Part shown: one piece after another, positions 7,410-17,864 of the stretch | Layout: every line of letters starts with the position of its first letter | Numbering within the stretch: position 1 is the stretch's first letter | Virus record (IMG/VR): IMGVR_UViG_2854208954_000001 | Coordinates: 15,498-79,497 of that record | DNA length: 64,000 bases | From: a virus | Taxonomy: Duplodnaviria > Caudoviricetes | Reading direction: 5' to 3' (one strand) | Notes under the pieces: model-generated | The model's database searches: none | Told to the model about the DNA's origin: nothing | The model's input: only the letters and a program-made list of their open reading frames with translations | Position numbers and translations under genes: made by a program

Positions 7410-8759
7410 ATGGGTATATTTTCAGGGCTTTTTCACTCAAGAGATAAGCCTAAAAACAGAACAGCAGGCAGTGCCTACACATTCTACACAGGCAGAACAA
7501 CAGCCGGAAAAGCTGTGACACAGCGTTCTGCTATGCAAATGACAGCGGTGTATTCCTGTGTGCGTATTCTGTCGGAGGCGATTGCCAGTCTGCCCTTACA
7601 CCTTTACAGATACACAGAATGCGGCGGCAAGGAAAAAGCTACGGACAGTCCTCTGTACTTTTTGCTCCACGATGAGCCGAACCTGGAAATGACATCATTT
7701 GTTTTTAGAGAAACTCTGATGACTCATCTGCTTTTGTGGGGTAATGCTTATGCACAAATCATAAGAAACGGCAAGGGTGAAGTAACAGCCTTGTACCCTC
7801 TTATGCCGGACAGAATGACAGTTGACAGAGATGAAAACGGCAGACTGTATTATGAGTACATGGTAAGCACAGACGATGCGCCAATCAACAAAAAGTCAAC
7901 CGTAAGACTGCTCCCCTTTGATGTTCTGCATATTCCCGGACTTGGCTTTGACGGGCTTGTTGGTTACTCACCTATCGCTATGGCAAAGAACTCAATCGGT
8001 ATGGCTATTGCCTGCGAGGAATACGGTGCAAAGTTCTTTGCAAACGGTGCCGCACCAAGCGGTGTGCTTGAACACCCCGGCACAATAAAAGACCCGTCAA
8101 GGGTAAGAGAAAGCTGGACTCAGACCTTTGGCGGCAGTTCAAACGCACACAAGGTTGCAGTGCTTGAAGAGGGAATGAAATATACACCTATTTCAATCTC
8201 ACCAGAGCAGGCACAATTCCTTGAAACAAGAAAATTTCAGATAGATGAAATAGCTCGAATTTTCCGAGTACCGCCACATATGGTCGGTGATTTGGAAAAG
8301 TCGAGCTTTTCTAATATTGAGCAACAGTCACTTGAATTTGTGAAATACACACTTGACCCTTGGGTGTCAAGATGGGAGCAAAATTTGGTGCGTTCCCTTC
8401 TGACAACCGATGAAAAGAAAAAGTATTTTATCAAATTCAATGTTGACGGACTGCTCCGAGGTGACTATCAAAGCCGAATGAACGGATATGCAACAGCAAG
8501 GCAGAACGGCTGGATGTCGGCAAACGATATCAGAGAGCTTGAAAACCTTGACCGCATATCATCAGAAGAAGGCGGAGATTTGTACCTCATAAACGGTAAT
8601 ATGCTGCCGCTCAAAAATGCAGGTGCATTTGCCAACACAGACGAAACGAAGGAGGAAGAAAATGAAGAAGTTCTGGAAGTGGAAGAATCAGACGGAGAAC
8701 AATCCGACCGAGAGAGTTCTGACTCTCAACGGCACAATCACCGAGGAAAGCTGGTTTGA
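7410..8759 (+). CDS. Portal protein, HK97 family
   Basis: VYSCVRILSEAIASLPL, LLWGNAYAQI, IARIFRVPP motifs. Confidence 0.95.
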   Translation: MGIFSGLFHSRDKPKNRTAGSAYTFYTGRTTAGKAVTQRSAMQMTAVYSCVRILSEAIASLPLHLYRYTECGGKEKATDSPLYFLLHDEPNLEMTSFVFRETLMTHLLLWGNAYAQIIRNGKGEVTALYPLMPDRMTVDRDENGRLYYEYMVSTDDAPINKKSTVRLLPFDVLHIPGLGFDGLVGYSPIAMAKNSIGMAIACEEYGAKFFANGAAPSGVLEHPGTIKDPSRVRESWTQTFGGSSNAHKVAVLEEGMKYTPISISPEQAQFLETRKFQIDEIARIFRVPPHMVGDLEKSSFSNIEQQSLEFVKYTLDPWVSRWEQNLVRSLLTTDEKKKYFIKFNVDGLLRGDYQSRMNGYATARQNGWMSANDIRELENLDRISSEEGGDLYLINGNMLPLKNAGAFANTDETKEEENEEVLEVEESDGEQSDRESSDSQRHNHRGKLV

Positions 8760-9414
8760 CGATGATGTCACTCCACAGCTTTTCAAAGACGAGTTGAACA
8801 GTGGAACAGGAAACATCACTGTATGGATAAACTCTCCCGGTGGTGACTGCGTTGCCGCCGCACAGATTTACAATATGCTGATGGACTACAAGGGTAATGT
8901 CACAGTCAAGATTGACGGTATTGCAGCATCTGCAGCATCAATAATTGCAATGGCAGGAAACACAGTGCTGATGTCACCTGTTTCAACAATGATGATACAC
9001 AATCCTGCAACCGTTGCTATGGGTGACCACAACGAAATGCAGAAAGCTATTGAAATGCTTAACGAAGTCAAGGAAAGTATCATAAATGCGTATGAAATCA
9101 AGACCGGATTAAGCAGAGCAAAGCTGTCGCACTTAATGGACTTTGAAACCTGGATGAACGCAAACAAGGCCGTTGAACTCGGCTTTGCAGACGGTATTAT
9201 CGCAAGAGAAAATCCTAATACAGAGCCTGATGAAGATGAAGAGGACGAAGATGAAAAGGAGAAAAAGAAATCTCCGTGTGATTCAGTCCTGTTTTCAAGA
9301 AAGGCTGTAAATACGGCACTGATAAACAAAATTGAAAAGCATTACTCAAATGACAAAGGCACTCCTGTTTCTGACATAAGGGAGCGCCTTAATTTTATCA
9401 AAAAATTTATTTAG
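8662..9414 (+). CDS. ClpP-like head maturation protease
   Basis: INSPGGD, DGIAASAASII, MMIHNP, ETWMNA motifs. Confidence 0.95.
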   Translation: MKKFWKWKNQTENNPTERVLTLNGTITEESWFDDDVTPQLFKDELNSGTGNITVWINSPGGDCVAAAQIYNMLMDYKGNVTVKIDGIAASAASIIAMAGNTVLMSPVSTMMIHNPATVAMGDHNEMQKAIEMLNEVKESIINAYEIKTGLSRAKLSHLMDFETWMNANKAVELGFADGIIARENPNTEPDEDEEDEDEKEKKKSPCDSVLFSRKAVNTALINKIEKHYSNDKGTPVSDIRERLNFIKKFI

Positions 9415-9426
9415 GAGGTCACAGAT

Positions 9427-10611
9427 ATGACTATTAAGGAATTAATTGAAAAAAGAGCAAAGGTGTGGGAAACTGCAAAAAGCTTTGTTGATACCCACGA
9501 GGATAAAAATGGTCTGCTTTCTGCAGAGGACACTGCAACCTACAACAAGATGGAAAAGGAAATTGAGGATTTAACTGCGGCTATTGACCGTCAGCAGAGA
9601 GCCGCACAGCGTGAGGCTGAACTGAACAAACCGATTAATTCTCCCCTTACAAACAGACCGTACAAGGGTGAGCAGTCGGAGAAAAAGAGCGGAAGAGCAA
9701 CTGACGAGTACAAAAATGCGATGCTTTCTGCTATGCGTTCCAACTTCAGAAATATAAGTAATGTTCTGCAGGAAGGTGTTGACTCCGATGGCGGTTACCT
9801 TGTTCCCGAGGAGTATGACAGCAAACTGATTGATGTGCTTGAAGAGGAGAACATTATGCGTTCTCTCGCAACCACAATCACAACAAGCGGTCAGCACAAG
9901 ATTAATATTGCCGCCACAAAGCCTGCGGCTGCGTGGATTGAAGAGGGCGGCGCACTCAGCTTTGGTGATGCAACCTTTGACCAGATTTATCTTGATGCAT
10001 ACAAGCTCCATGTTGCAATCAAGGTGACAGAGGAACTTCTCTACGACAACGCATTCAACCTTGAAAACTACATTATTACACAGTTTGGCAAGGCTCTGGG
10101 AAATGCCGAGGAGGACGCTTTCCTAAACGGTGACGGCAAAGGCAAGCCTATCGGTATTTTTGACGCTAAAGGCGGTGGTAATGTTATAGGCACACTGACA
10201 GCTGCCGTCAAATCAGATGATATGCTTGACCTTGTGTACGGCTTAAAGCGCCCGTACAGAAAAAGTTCCTCTTTCATTATGAACGACTCAACCCTTGCAC
10301 TGCTTAGAAAGCTGAAGGATAACAACGGAGCATATATCTGGCAGCCGTCATACAAAGAGGGCGAGCCTGACAGAGTGCTTGGATATGCAGTTAACACTTC
10401 TTCGTATGCTCCCACAAATGCTATTGCATTCGGTGATTACAGCTACTATAACATTGGTGACAGAGGAAGTCGTTCCTTTGCAGAACTGCGTGAGCTTTTT
10501 GCAGGCAATGGTATGGTAGGCTTTGTTGCAAAAGAGCGTGTTGACGGCAAGCTGATTCTGCCGGAGGCAGTGCAGATTCTCAAGCTTAAGGAAACCACAA
10601 GTGCCGGCTGA
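9427..10611 (+). CDS. Major capsid protein, HK97 family
   Basis: N-terminal coiled-coil delta domain, DGGYLVPEEY, GDGKGKPIGI. Confidence 0.95.
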   Translation: MTIKELIEKRAKVWETAKSFVDTHEDKNGLLSAEDTATYNKMEKEIEDLTAAIDRQQRAAQREAELNKPINSPLTNRPYKGEQSEKKSGRATDEYKNAMLSAMRSNFRNISNVLQEGVDSDGGYLVPEEYDSKLIDVLEEENIMRSLATTITTSGQHKINIAATKPAAAWIEEGGALSFGDATFDQIYLDAYKLHVAIKVTEELLYDNAFNLENYIITQFGKALGNAEEDAFLNGDGKGKPIGIFDAKGGGNVIGTLTAAVKSDDMLDLVYGLKRPYRKSSSFIMNDSTLALLRKLKDNNGAYIWQPSYKEGEPDRVLGYAVNTSSYAPTNAIAFGDYSYYNIGDRGSRSFAELRELFAGNGMVGFVAKERVDGKLILPEAVQILKLKETTSAG

Positions 10612-10625
10612 TAGGAGTGCTTTAA

Positions 10626-10940
10626 ATGACTGATGAGCTTTTACAAAAGGTAAAACAGAACCTGATTCTTGAACACAACGAAGATGATGAACTTCTGAAA
10701 ATGTACATAACTGCCGCAGTATCCTATGCCGAAAGCTATCAACACATTGATGAGGGTTACTACTCCACACACGCAATGCCTGCAACTACCGAGCAGGCAG
10801 TTATTATGCTTGCGAGCCATTTCTACGAAAGCAGAGATGGCTCAACGGGCGGATTCTTTGCTGACAGCACAAACGCATCGGCTCAGGTGTGGAACACGGT
10901 CAATTTACTTTTAAGGCTTGACAGAAACTGGAAGGTGTAG
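10626..10940 (+). CDS. Head-tail connector (gp6-like)
   Basis: VKQNLILEH..DDELL, QAVIMLASHFYESR; position. Confidence 0.85.
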   Translation: MTDELLQKVKQNLILEHNEDDELLKMYITAAVSYAESYQHIDEGYYSTHAMPATTEQAVIMLASHFYESRDGSTGGFFADSTNASAQVWNTVNLLLRLDRNWKV

Positions 10941-10942
10941 CT

Positions 10943-11275
10943 ATGAGTTTTGGAAACATGAACACACCTGTTGAAATTATGAAAAAGGTGATTGAAACCG
11001 ATGATGAGGGGTTTAAGAATGAAAGACTGAAAACAGTAGCAAGCGTGAGAGCATATCGTGAGGGCAGACACGGCAGTGAACGGTGGGCGAATATGGCGAC
11101 ATTTTCCGTTGCGACTGACTTGTTTCGCCTAAGGTGTATTCCGCATATTGAAGTTACCGCAGATATGCTTATTCTTTGTGACGGGAAAAGGTTCGAAATC
11201 ACCTCTGTTGAGAATGTAAAAGGCAGAGGAATGTATCTTGAAATTCTTGCAAAGGAGGTTGAAGCAAGTGGCTAG
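10943..11275 (+). CDS. Head closure / head-tail adaptor
   Basis: Position and motif FEITSVENVKGRGMYLEILA. Confidence 0.8.
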   Translation: MSFGNMNTPVEIMKKVIETDDEGFKNERLKTVASVRAYREGRHGSERWANMATFSVATDLFRLRCIPHIEVTADMLILCDGKRFEITSVENVKGRGMYLEILAKEVEASG

Positions 11276-11699
11276 ATGCACAATGAAAATGTCGGAGGAG
11301 TTTTTACTCAAAATTTCAAGACTTGGGAACAAAACCGATGAAGTGTGTGAAAGGGTACTCAATGCCGGTGCTGAGGTTGTTCTTAAAAAGGTGAAAACAA
11401 ATCTCAGAAATGTCATCAGCAAGGACACAAAAACGCAGTCACGCTCAACGGGTGAGCTTGAACACTCGCTCGGCGTGTCCCCTGTTTTATCAGACAAGAA
11501 CGGCAATATGAATATCAAGATAGGCTTTTCAGAGCCGAGAACAAATGGTGAAAGCAATGCAAAAATTGCGAGTGTAATTGAATACGGCAAAAGCGGTCAG
11601 CCACCAAAACCGTTTATGAAGCCTGCAAAATCAGCGTCACGCAAGGAGTGTATGACGGTTATGATTAACACGCTTGATGAGGAGGTAAAGAGCATATGA
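11268..11699 (+). CDS. HK97 gp10 family neck protein
   Basis: STGELEHSL, IEYGKSGQPPKPFMKPA; GTG start. Confidence 0.85.
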   Translation: MARCTMKMSEEFLLKISRLGNKTDEVCERVLNAGAEVVLKKVKTNLRNVISKDTKTQSRSTGELEHSLGVSPVLSDKNGNMNIKIGFSEPRTNGESNAKIASVIEYGKSGQPPKPFMKPAKSASRKECMTVMINTLDEEVKSI

Positions 11700-12061
11700 G
11701 TTTGCTTGCTGAAATCAAGAGCATTGCAGAAGGTTTAAATATCAGAGTTGAAACAGGTGCTTTTTCAGACAAAGCACCTGACGAATACATTGTTCTCACA
11801 CCGCTTTCGGACGGCTTTGATATGCACTGCGACAATATGCCGACCTTTGACAGACAGGAAGTGAGAATTTCTATATTTTCAAAGGGTAATTATTCTGCAC
11901 TTAAATACAAGCTTGTGACCGCTCTTTTTCAAAGTGATATTTCAATAACCGACAGGCTGTATATCGGTTACGAGAGCGACACGGGCTATCATCACTATGC
12001 TATTGACGCATTAAAAACTTATGAACTGGAGGAGATAGATTATGGCAACAATCGGACTTGA
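11696..12061 (+). CDS. Tail completion/terminator protein
   Basis: Position between gp10-like and major tail genes; GYESDTGYHHY. Confidence 0.7.
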   Translation: MSLLAEIKSIAEGLNIRVETGAFSDKAPDEYIVLTPLSDGFDMHCDNMPTFDRQEVRISIFSKGNYSALKYKLVTALFQSDISITDRLYIGYESDTGYHHYAIDALKTYELEEIDYGNNRT

Positions 12062-12626
12062 TAAGCTGTATTACGCAAAAATCACGGAGGACTCTGACGG
12101 AAACGAAACCTATGACACACCTATTCCGCTTGCAAAGGCGATGAGTGCGGAACTTTCGGTAGAGCTTGCCGAGGCAACACTTTATGCCGATGACGGTGCA
12201 TCTGAGGTTGTAAAGGAATTTCAGAGCGGTACGCTCACACTCGGTATTGACAACATCGGAACAGCCGTTGCAGAGGATTTGACCGGTGCGACAATCGACA
12301 AAAACAAGGTGTTGGTTTCCGCATCTGAGGACGGAGCACCGCCCGTTGCAATCGGTTTTCGTGCAAAGAAAGCGAACGGCAAGTATCGTTACTTTTGGCT
12401 TTACAGAGTGAAGTTTGGCATTCCTGCAACTAATCTTACCACAAAGGGCGAAAGCATCGAGTTTTCCACTCCGTCGATTGAGGGTACGGTTATCCGCAGA
12501 AACAAGGCTGACAAGCTCGGCAAGCACCCGTGGAAGGCTGAAATTTCAGAGGACGATACAGGTGTTGCAATCGACACAATCAGCGGTTGGTACACTCAAG
12601 TGTATGAGCCGACCTATGCTGAATAA
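12042..12626 (+). CDS. Major tail protein, phi13 family
   Basis: IGLDKLYYA, LYADDG, AIGFRAKKANGKYRYFWLYRVKF. Confidence 0.9.
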   Translation: MATIGLDKLYYAKITEDSDGNETYDTPIPLAKAMSAELSVELAEATLYADDGASEVVKEFQSGTLTLGIDNIGTAVAEDLTGATIDKNKVLVSASEDGAPPVAIGFRAKKANGKYRYFWLYRVKFGIPATNLTTKGESIEFSTPSIEGTVIRRNKADKLGKHPWKAEISEDDTGVAIDTISGWYTQVYEPTYAE

Positions 12627-12641
12627 ATACGGAGGTGCGTT

Positions 12642-13022
12642 ATGACTGACAGAGGAAGTATTATTAAAATTGGTGAAAACGATTATGAGCTTATTCTCAC
12701 AACAAGGGCAACAAAGGAAATTGCCAAAAGATACGGCGGACTTGAAAACCTCGGTGACAGGCTTATGAAAAGTGAAAATTTTGAAATGGCACTTGATGAA
12801 ATCATCTGGCTTATCACACTGCTTGCAAACCAGAGCGTTATGATTTACAATCTGAAAAATCCGAACAGCAAAAAGCTTTTGCTTTGTGAGGACGAGGTTG
12901 AGCTTTTAACCTCACCGTTTGACCTTGCAGAATACAAGAATGCAATTATGGACTCAATGAACAAAGGTACAAAAAGGAATATTGAAAGTGCGTCTGACTC
13001 AAAAAACACGAAAGTCGGGTAA
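12642..13022 (+). CDS. Tail assembly chaperone (G)
   Basis: Between major tail and tape measure; ends at an A AAA AAC slippery site. Confidence 0.8.
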   Translation: MTDRGSIIKIGENDYELILTTRATKEIAKRYGGLENLGDRLMKSENFEMALDEIIWLITLLANQSVMIYNLKNPNSKKLLLCEDEVELLTSPFDLAEYKNAIMDSMNKGTKRNIESASDSKNTKVG

Positions 13023-13210
13023 CGGACGATGAGCTGTTCACCCGACTTCTTTATTACGGACTTGCACATTTGAACCTTTCGCAAGATGAGGTGTGGCTGA
13101 TGCCGTTCGGACTTTTGCTCGACCTGTGGGAATGTCATAGACAATACAACGGCATTGCAAAGCCAAAACGAGTTGCTTGCATTGATGATGTTATTCCTTA
13201 TGGGGTTTGA
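13001..13210 (+). CDS. -1 frameshift extension of tail chaperone (GT)
   Basis: Heptamer A AAA AAC at 13001-13007; -1 frame reads TDDELFTRLLYYGLAHLNLSQDEVWLMPFGLLLDLWECHRQYNG... to TGA 13210. Confidence 0.75.
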   Translation, partial: KKHESRVTDDELFTRLLYYGLAHLNLSQDEVWLMPFGLLLDLWECHRQYNGIAKPKRVACIDDVIPYGV

Positions 13211-13321
13211 ATATATTTCCATTGATTCTTAATAATCAATATGGTATGATTCAATTATAACAAATATGCTTAAATTTTGGCAGTTGATTTGTTGTAATAT
13301 ACTTGAAAGGTAGATGATAAA

Positions 13322-14077
13322 GTGACAAGAGAAAATCAAATTAAATCATTAATTGAATGTTACGAAAAAGAGTATAAGGAATTTATGGGAATTGAAAAAT
13401 TTCCTGAATACGAGTTAGAGTTGTATAAAGAACAAATTGGTAAAGTATGTAGCTATGGATTCGGAACTTTAGCTGAAGCTAAATATAATCCAAAAACCGA
13501 TAAACATTTATTACGCATTTGTATAAGTTATGAGATAAATAAGTATGTTATATTTCATGAGTTCACCCATATTTTAGATGCAGAAATGTATGCAAAAAAA
13601 GATTCAAACAAATATCTTTATGTTACTGGATATACAGAATATCACGCTTCACAGGTGGAATTGATGGCTTTATTAGGGGTAAAAAAAGTCTTTCCAAATG
13701 AATTTACTTTTTCAATCAATTCTGTCATTGATGTATATCCCAATGCTTGCACTATAAAAAATTATTTATTATCCAAGCATCAGTTTGTTGTGGATATGAT
13801 GAGTAGGATGGATTATTCAGCAAATATTGAAATACTAAAACCAACAATAAGCTTACTATACAATTATTTTGGATTGCGTTCAATCTGTAAAATGTATGCG
13901 AAAGATTATGAAGAATGCGTAGATAATACTGCTATTATCAAAATACTTTCCTTACAATTATTCTCGGAACTAAATATATTTATGAACGGACAATTCGATG
14001 AGAAAAAAATTGAACTGAGTTTTGTTCCTTATTCAAATGTAATATTCTCATTAGTGGAAAAGTACAATCTTTCGTAA
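13322..14077 (+). CDS. HEXXH zinc metallopeptidase-like moron (ImmA/IrrE-like)
   Basis: HEFTH plus downstream YTEYHA; AT-rich; own promoter-like and SD sequences. Confidence 0.65.
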   Translation: MTRENQIKSLIECYEKEYKEFMGIEKFPEYELELYKEQIGKVCSYGFGTLAEAKYNPKTDKHLLRICISYEINKYVIFHEFTHILDAEMYAKKDSNKYLYVTGYTEYHASQVELMALLGVKKVFPNEFTFSINSVIDVYPNACTIKNYLLSKHQFVVDMMSRMDYSANIEILKPTISLLYNYFGLRSICKMYAKDYEECVDNTAIIKILSLQLFSELNIFMNGQFDEKKIELSFVPYSNVIFSLVEKYNLS

Positions 14078-14164
14078 CAATTAATTGAGTAAACAAATAA
14101 CAACATCATCAAGGGGAGTAACCACACGGTTGCTCCTCTTTCATATATGCACATATAACACTAC

Positions 14165-14185
14165 GAGCCGAAAGGCTCTTTTTTT
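14165..14185 (+). terminator. Terminator after moron
   Basis: GAGCC-GAAA-GGCTC + T7. Confidence 0.6.
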
Positions 14186-14206
14186 ATGTCTTGAGGAGGT
14201 GAGAAT

Positions 14207-16812
14207 ATGGCGGACAGTTTTGGACTTAAGCTTGGCATTGAGGGCGAAAAGGAATTTAAAAAGTCGCTTGCCGAAATCAATCAGAGCTTTAAGGTGCTTG
14301 GCTCTGAGATGAAGCTTGTGTCCTCGCAGTTTGATAAGAATGACAATTCCGTTCAGGCTTTGTCTGCAAGAAATACGGTTCTTAACAAGGAGATTGATGC
14401 ACAAAAGCAGAAGATGAAACCTTGCGACAGGCACTTGCAAATGCATCAGAGTCATTTGGTGAAACTGACAGGAGAACACAAAGCTGGCAAATTCAGCTTA
14501 ACAATGCCGAGGCATCACTCAACAGTATGGAGCGTGAACTGAACAGTAATAATTCTGCACTTGAACAGGCAAAGACGGATATTGAGGGGACAGAAAAATC
14601 TCTTGAAAAGGTTGACGGTCGGCTTGATGATACTGCCGAAAGTGCCGATGATATGGGCGATGAAATCAAGGACGCAGGCGACAAGGCGGATAAGTCAAAG
14701 GAGAGGTTTTCAAAGCTTGGTTCGATACTCAAGGGTGTGGGCATTGCGATGGGTGCGGTTGTTACTGCGGCTGCCGCAACTGCCGTTAAGCTCGGCAAGG
14801 AGGTAGTTAATGCCTATGCCGACTATGAACAGCTTGTCGGCGGTGTTGATACGCTTTTCAAGGGTTCATCACAGAAGCTGCAAAGCTACGCATCTAATGT
14901 CTATAAAACGGCAGGCCTTTCTGCAAATGACTATATGGAAACTGTTACAGGCTTTTCCGCAAGCCTTATTCAGTCGCTTGGCGGTGATACGGACAAGTCG
15001 GTAAAGTATGCCGATATGGCAATCACGGATATGGCGGATAACGCAAACAAGATGGGTACAGATATGTCACTCATTCAGAATGCGTATCAGGGCTTTGCCA
15101 AGCAAAACTACACCATGCTCGATAACCTTAAACTTGGCTACGGCGGTACTAAAGAGGAAATGCAAAGACTTCTCTCTGACGCAGAAAAAATATCTGGCGT
15201 GAAATATGATATTTCGTCATATGCCAATGTGGTCGATGCAATCCATGTTATGCAGGAGAGTATGGATATTGCCGGCACTACCGCAAAGGAGGTGGAGGGT
15301 ACAATTTCGGGTTCGGTTAATGCGTTGAAATCCTCGGTTACTAACCTTGTGGTAGGATTTGGTGACGCAAATGCTGACCTCGGTGTGTTGTGTGAAAATG
15401 TTGTAACAGCATTTCAGACCGTGCTTGAGAATATCTCGCCTATTGTGAAAAATCTCATCTCAGCCTTGCCGACAGTCATTACCACACTGCTTGAATCGGC
15501 AGGTGAAATGCTTCCCACTGTTCTGGAAACTCTTGCAGAATTGTTTGCACAGGTGCTTGAGGGATTGCTTCAGCTTTTGCCACAGCTGATTCCCGTTGCG
15601 GTATCGGCTTTATTAACAATTACGAATGCAATTGTTGAAAATCTGCCCTTGCTGATTGAGTCGGCAACCTTACTCGTAGCAACTCTCGTACAGGGCCTTG
15701 CAGATGCACTGCCTACACTAATTCCTACTACGGTCAATGCGGTTATGACGATTGTACAGGGACTTCTGGACAGCTTGCCGTCAATTCTTGACGCAGGACT
15801 TGAACTTGTGTCAGCACTTGCACAGGGTATTCTTGATGCACTTCCCGACCTCATATCTAAACTGCCTCAGATTATTATGGGCATAGTTACATTTCTTTTA
15901 AATTCAATACCGCAAATCATACAGACAGGCATTAAGCTGCTGACCTCTCTTGTTAGTGCCTTACCCGATATTATCACAGCAATAGTTAAGGCTATTCCGC
16001 AGATTATCAACGGGATTATAAATGCGGTAATAAATTCAATTCCGCAGATTATTCAGGCAGGCATTGACTTGCTCATTTCACTTGTCAAGGCTCTGCCCAC
16101 CATTATAGTCACAATCGTGAATGCAATACCCGACATCATTTCAGGCATTGTTAATGCTCTTATTGACAATATTCCGGCAATAATTCAGGCGGGTATTGAT
16201 TTGTTGATTTCGCTTGTTAAGAATCTGCCGACTATCATTAAGGGAATTGTAAAGGCAGTACCTAAGATTATTGAAGGCATTGTAAAGGCCTTTGGTTCAC
16301 TTATGTACAAGATTGTTGAAATTGGCGGTAACATTGTAAAAGGCTTGTGGGACGGTATCTGCGGTCTTGCATCGTGGCTCTGGGATTCAGTCAGCGGTTG
16401 GATTTCGGGTATCTGGGACGGCATCTGCGACTTTTTTGGCATTCACTCACCGTCAAAGGAAATGGCATGGGTTGGAGAAATGCTCGTCAAGGGCCTTGCC
16501 GGCTCTATTGACAAGAACGGTGATATGGCTGTTCGTGCCGCCGAGGGTATGAGCAGTGATGTTTCAAGTGTTATGAACTCACTTGCTGATGATATGAAAA
16601 CTGCCTTGCCGACTGATTTCAGCATTGACGGAAATGTTAAAGGATTGGTTGATAATTCAAATTCTGTTGCTTTCGGCAAGAGCGGTCTTTCGCTTGTGCT
16701 GAATATTGCAAATTTTAACAACTACTCAAATGACGATATTTCTCAGCTTACAAACGAGATTATGGAAACTGCAGGTCAGTTTGCCAAAAGGAAAGGAATG
16801 GTATTTGCGTGA
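14207..16812 (+). CDS. Tape measure protein, split by a 1-nt deletion near 14415
   Basis: ORFs 14207-14542 and 14422-16812 join as QKQK(I)ETLRQALAN; amphipathic repeats LPQIIQAGIDLLISLV. Confidence 0.85.
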
Positions 16813-17864
16813 ACTATTTTGAATACAACGGCATGAGGTCATCTGATATGGGGCTTCATATACAGAGAAAGAATGTGTACTCCTCGCCAAAGTATGACTC
16901 TTCCTTTGTATCAATCCCCGGTCGCAACGGTGACCTGATTGTACCGAATCGCAGATATGAAAACACACAGGTGAGCTATTCTGTATATCTGTCTGCAAAG
17001 AACAGTCAACAGCTTGCTGACAGCATTACAAAAATCAAGGCTTGGCTGTATGCACAGCCCGACAGGTATCACATACTAAAGGACAGCTACGATAAAAGAT
17101 TTTTCAGATATGCTCTTTTTAACTCATCGCTTGATATTGAAGATGAGCTCAACAAAATCGGTGTGTTTACCGTAAGCTTTAACTGCAAGCCATTTAGATA
17201 TGACATTGACGGTGAGTTACCGCACAGCATTGATGTGGTGCTGAATTTTCCGTATATGATTTTTTGCAGAATGGACGGTTCAAAGCCGGAAAACGACTGG
17301 AGCAACCGTTGGAATCAGACGGCAGACCTTGTTGTGCCGAGTGGAAAGAATATGTTTGTACTGAATACAAATTCGTGGACAGACGGCTACTGGGACTACT
17401 ATTCAGATGCTGACAAGAGCAGAATATATCTTAAGGTGAACGAAAACTGGAAGAAGGAGAATGCAAGGTTTGCCCTCTACACATTTCTCGGTGACGAAAC
17501 CGCATGGTATTCTCTCGAGAAGGTCAGCGAGGATATTTACAGAGTGACCTTGCCGTCAAAGGGTGAAACCGTACTTGTGAATCCGTACAGCTTTGAGAGC
17601 AGACCACTTATTCATCTTAACGGCAACGGTACGGGTACGCTTACCATTGATAACGAAAACGGCAGACACGAATGGACATTCAGCAATATTGACGAGTTCA
17701 TTGAGATTGACAGCGAAAAAATGTGCTTTTACAAGGACAACACGCTGAAAAATGATACGGTTACAGGCACGGGTTTTCCTTTGCTTGTAAGGGGTGAAAA
17801 CAGGTTTATTCTCGGCGGTGGCATAACAGACGGTTCAGTATTTCCAAGGTGGTGTTCGTTATGA
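16809..17864 (+). CDS. Distal tail protein (Dit) with inserted carbohydrate-binding-like module
   Basis: SIPGRNGDL, FNCKPFRY, FPLLVRGEN Dit motifs; Trp-rich insert at 17235-17560. Confidence 0.8.
   Translation: MNYFEYNGMRSSDMGLHIQRKNVYSSPKYDSSFVSIPGRNGDLIVPNRRYENTQVSYSVYLSAKNSQQLADSITKIKAWLYAQPDRYHILKDSYDKRFFRYALFNSSLDIEDELNKIGVFTVSFNCKPFRYDIDGELPHSIDVVLNFPYMIFCRMDGSKPENDWSNRWNQTADLVVPSGKNMFVLNTNSWTDGYWDYYSDADKSRIYLKVNENWKKENARFALYTFLGDETAWYSLEKVSEDIYRVTLPSKGETVLVNPYSFESRPLIHLNGNGTGTLTIDNENGRHEWTFSNIDEFIEIDSEKMCFYKDNTLKNDTVTGTGFPLLVRGENRFILGGGITDGSVFPRWCSL

Noticed and set aside
8662-8759. 98-bp overlap of portal and ClpP genes as a further frameshift
   Set aside because: Both proteins look complete; an acidic portal tail overlapping the protease start is plausible for this phage group.
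15400-16330. Periodic repeats in tape measure 1
   Set aside because: Ordinary amphipathic helical TMP repeats.
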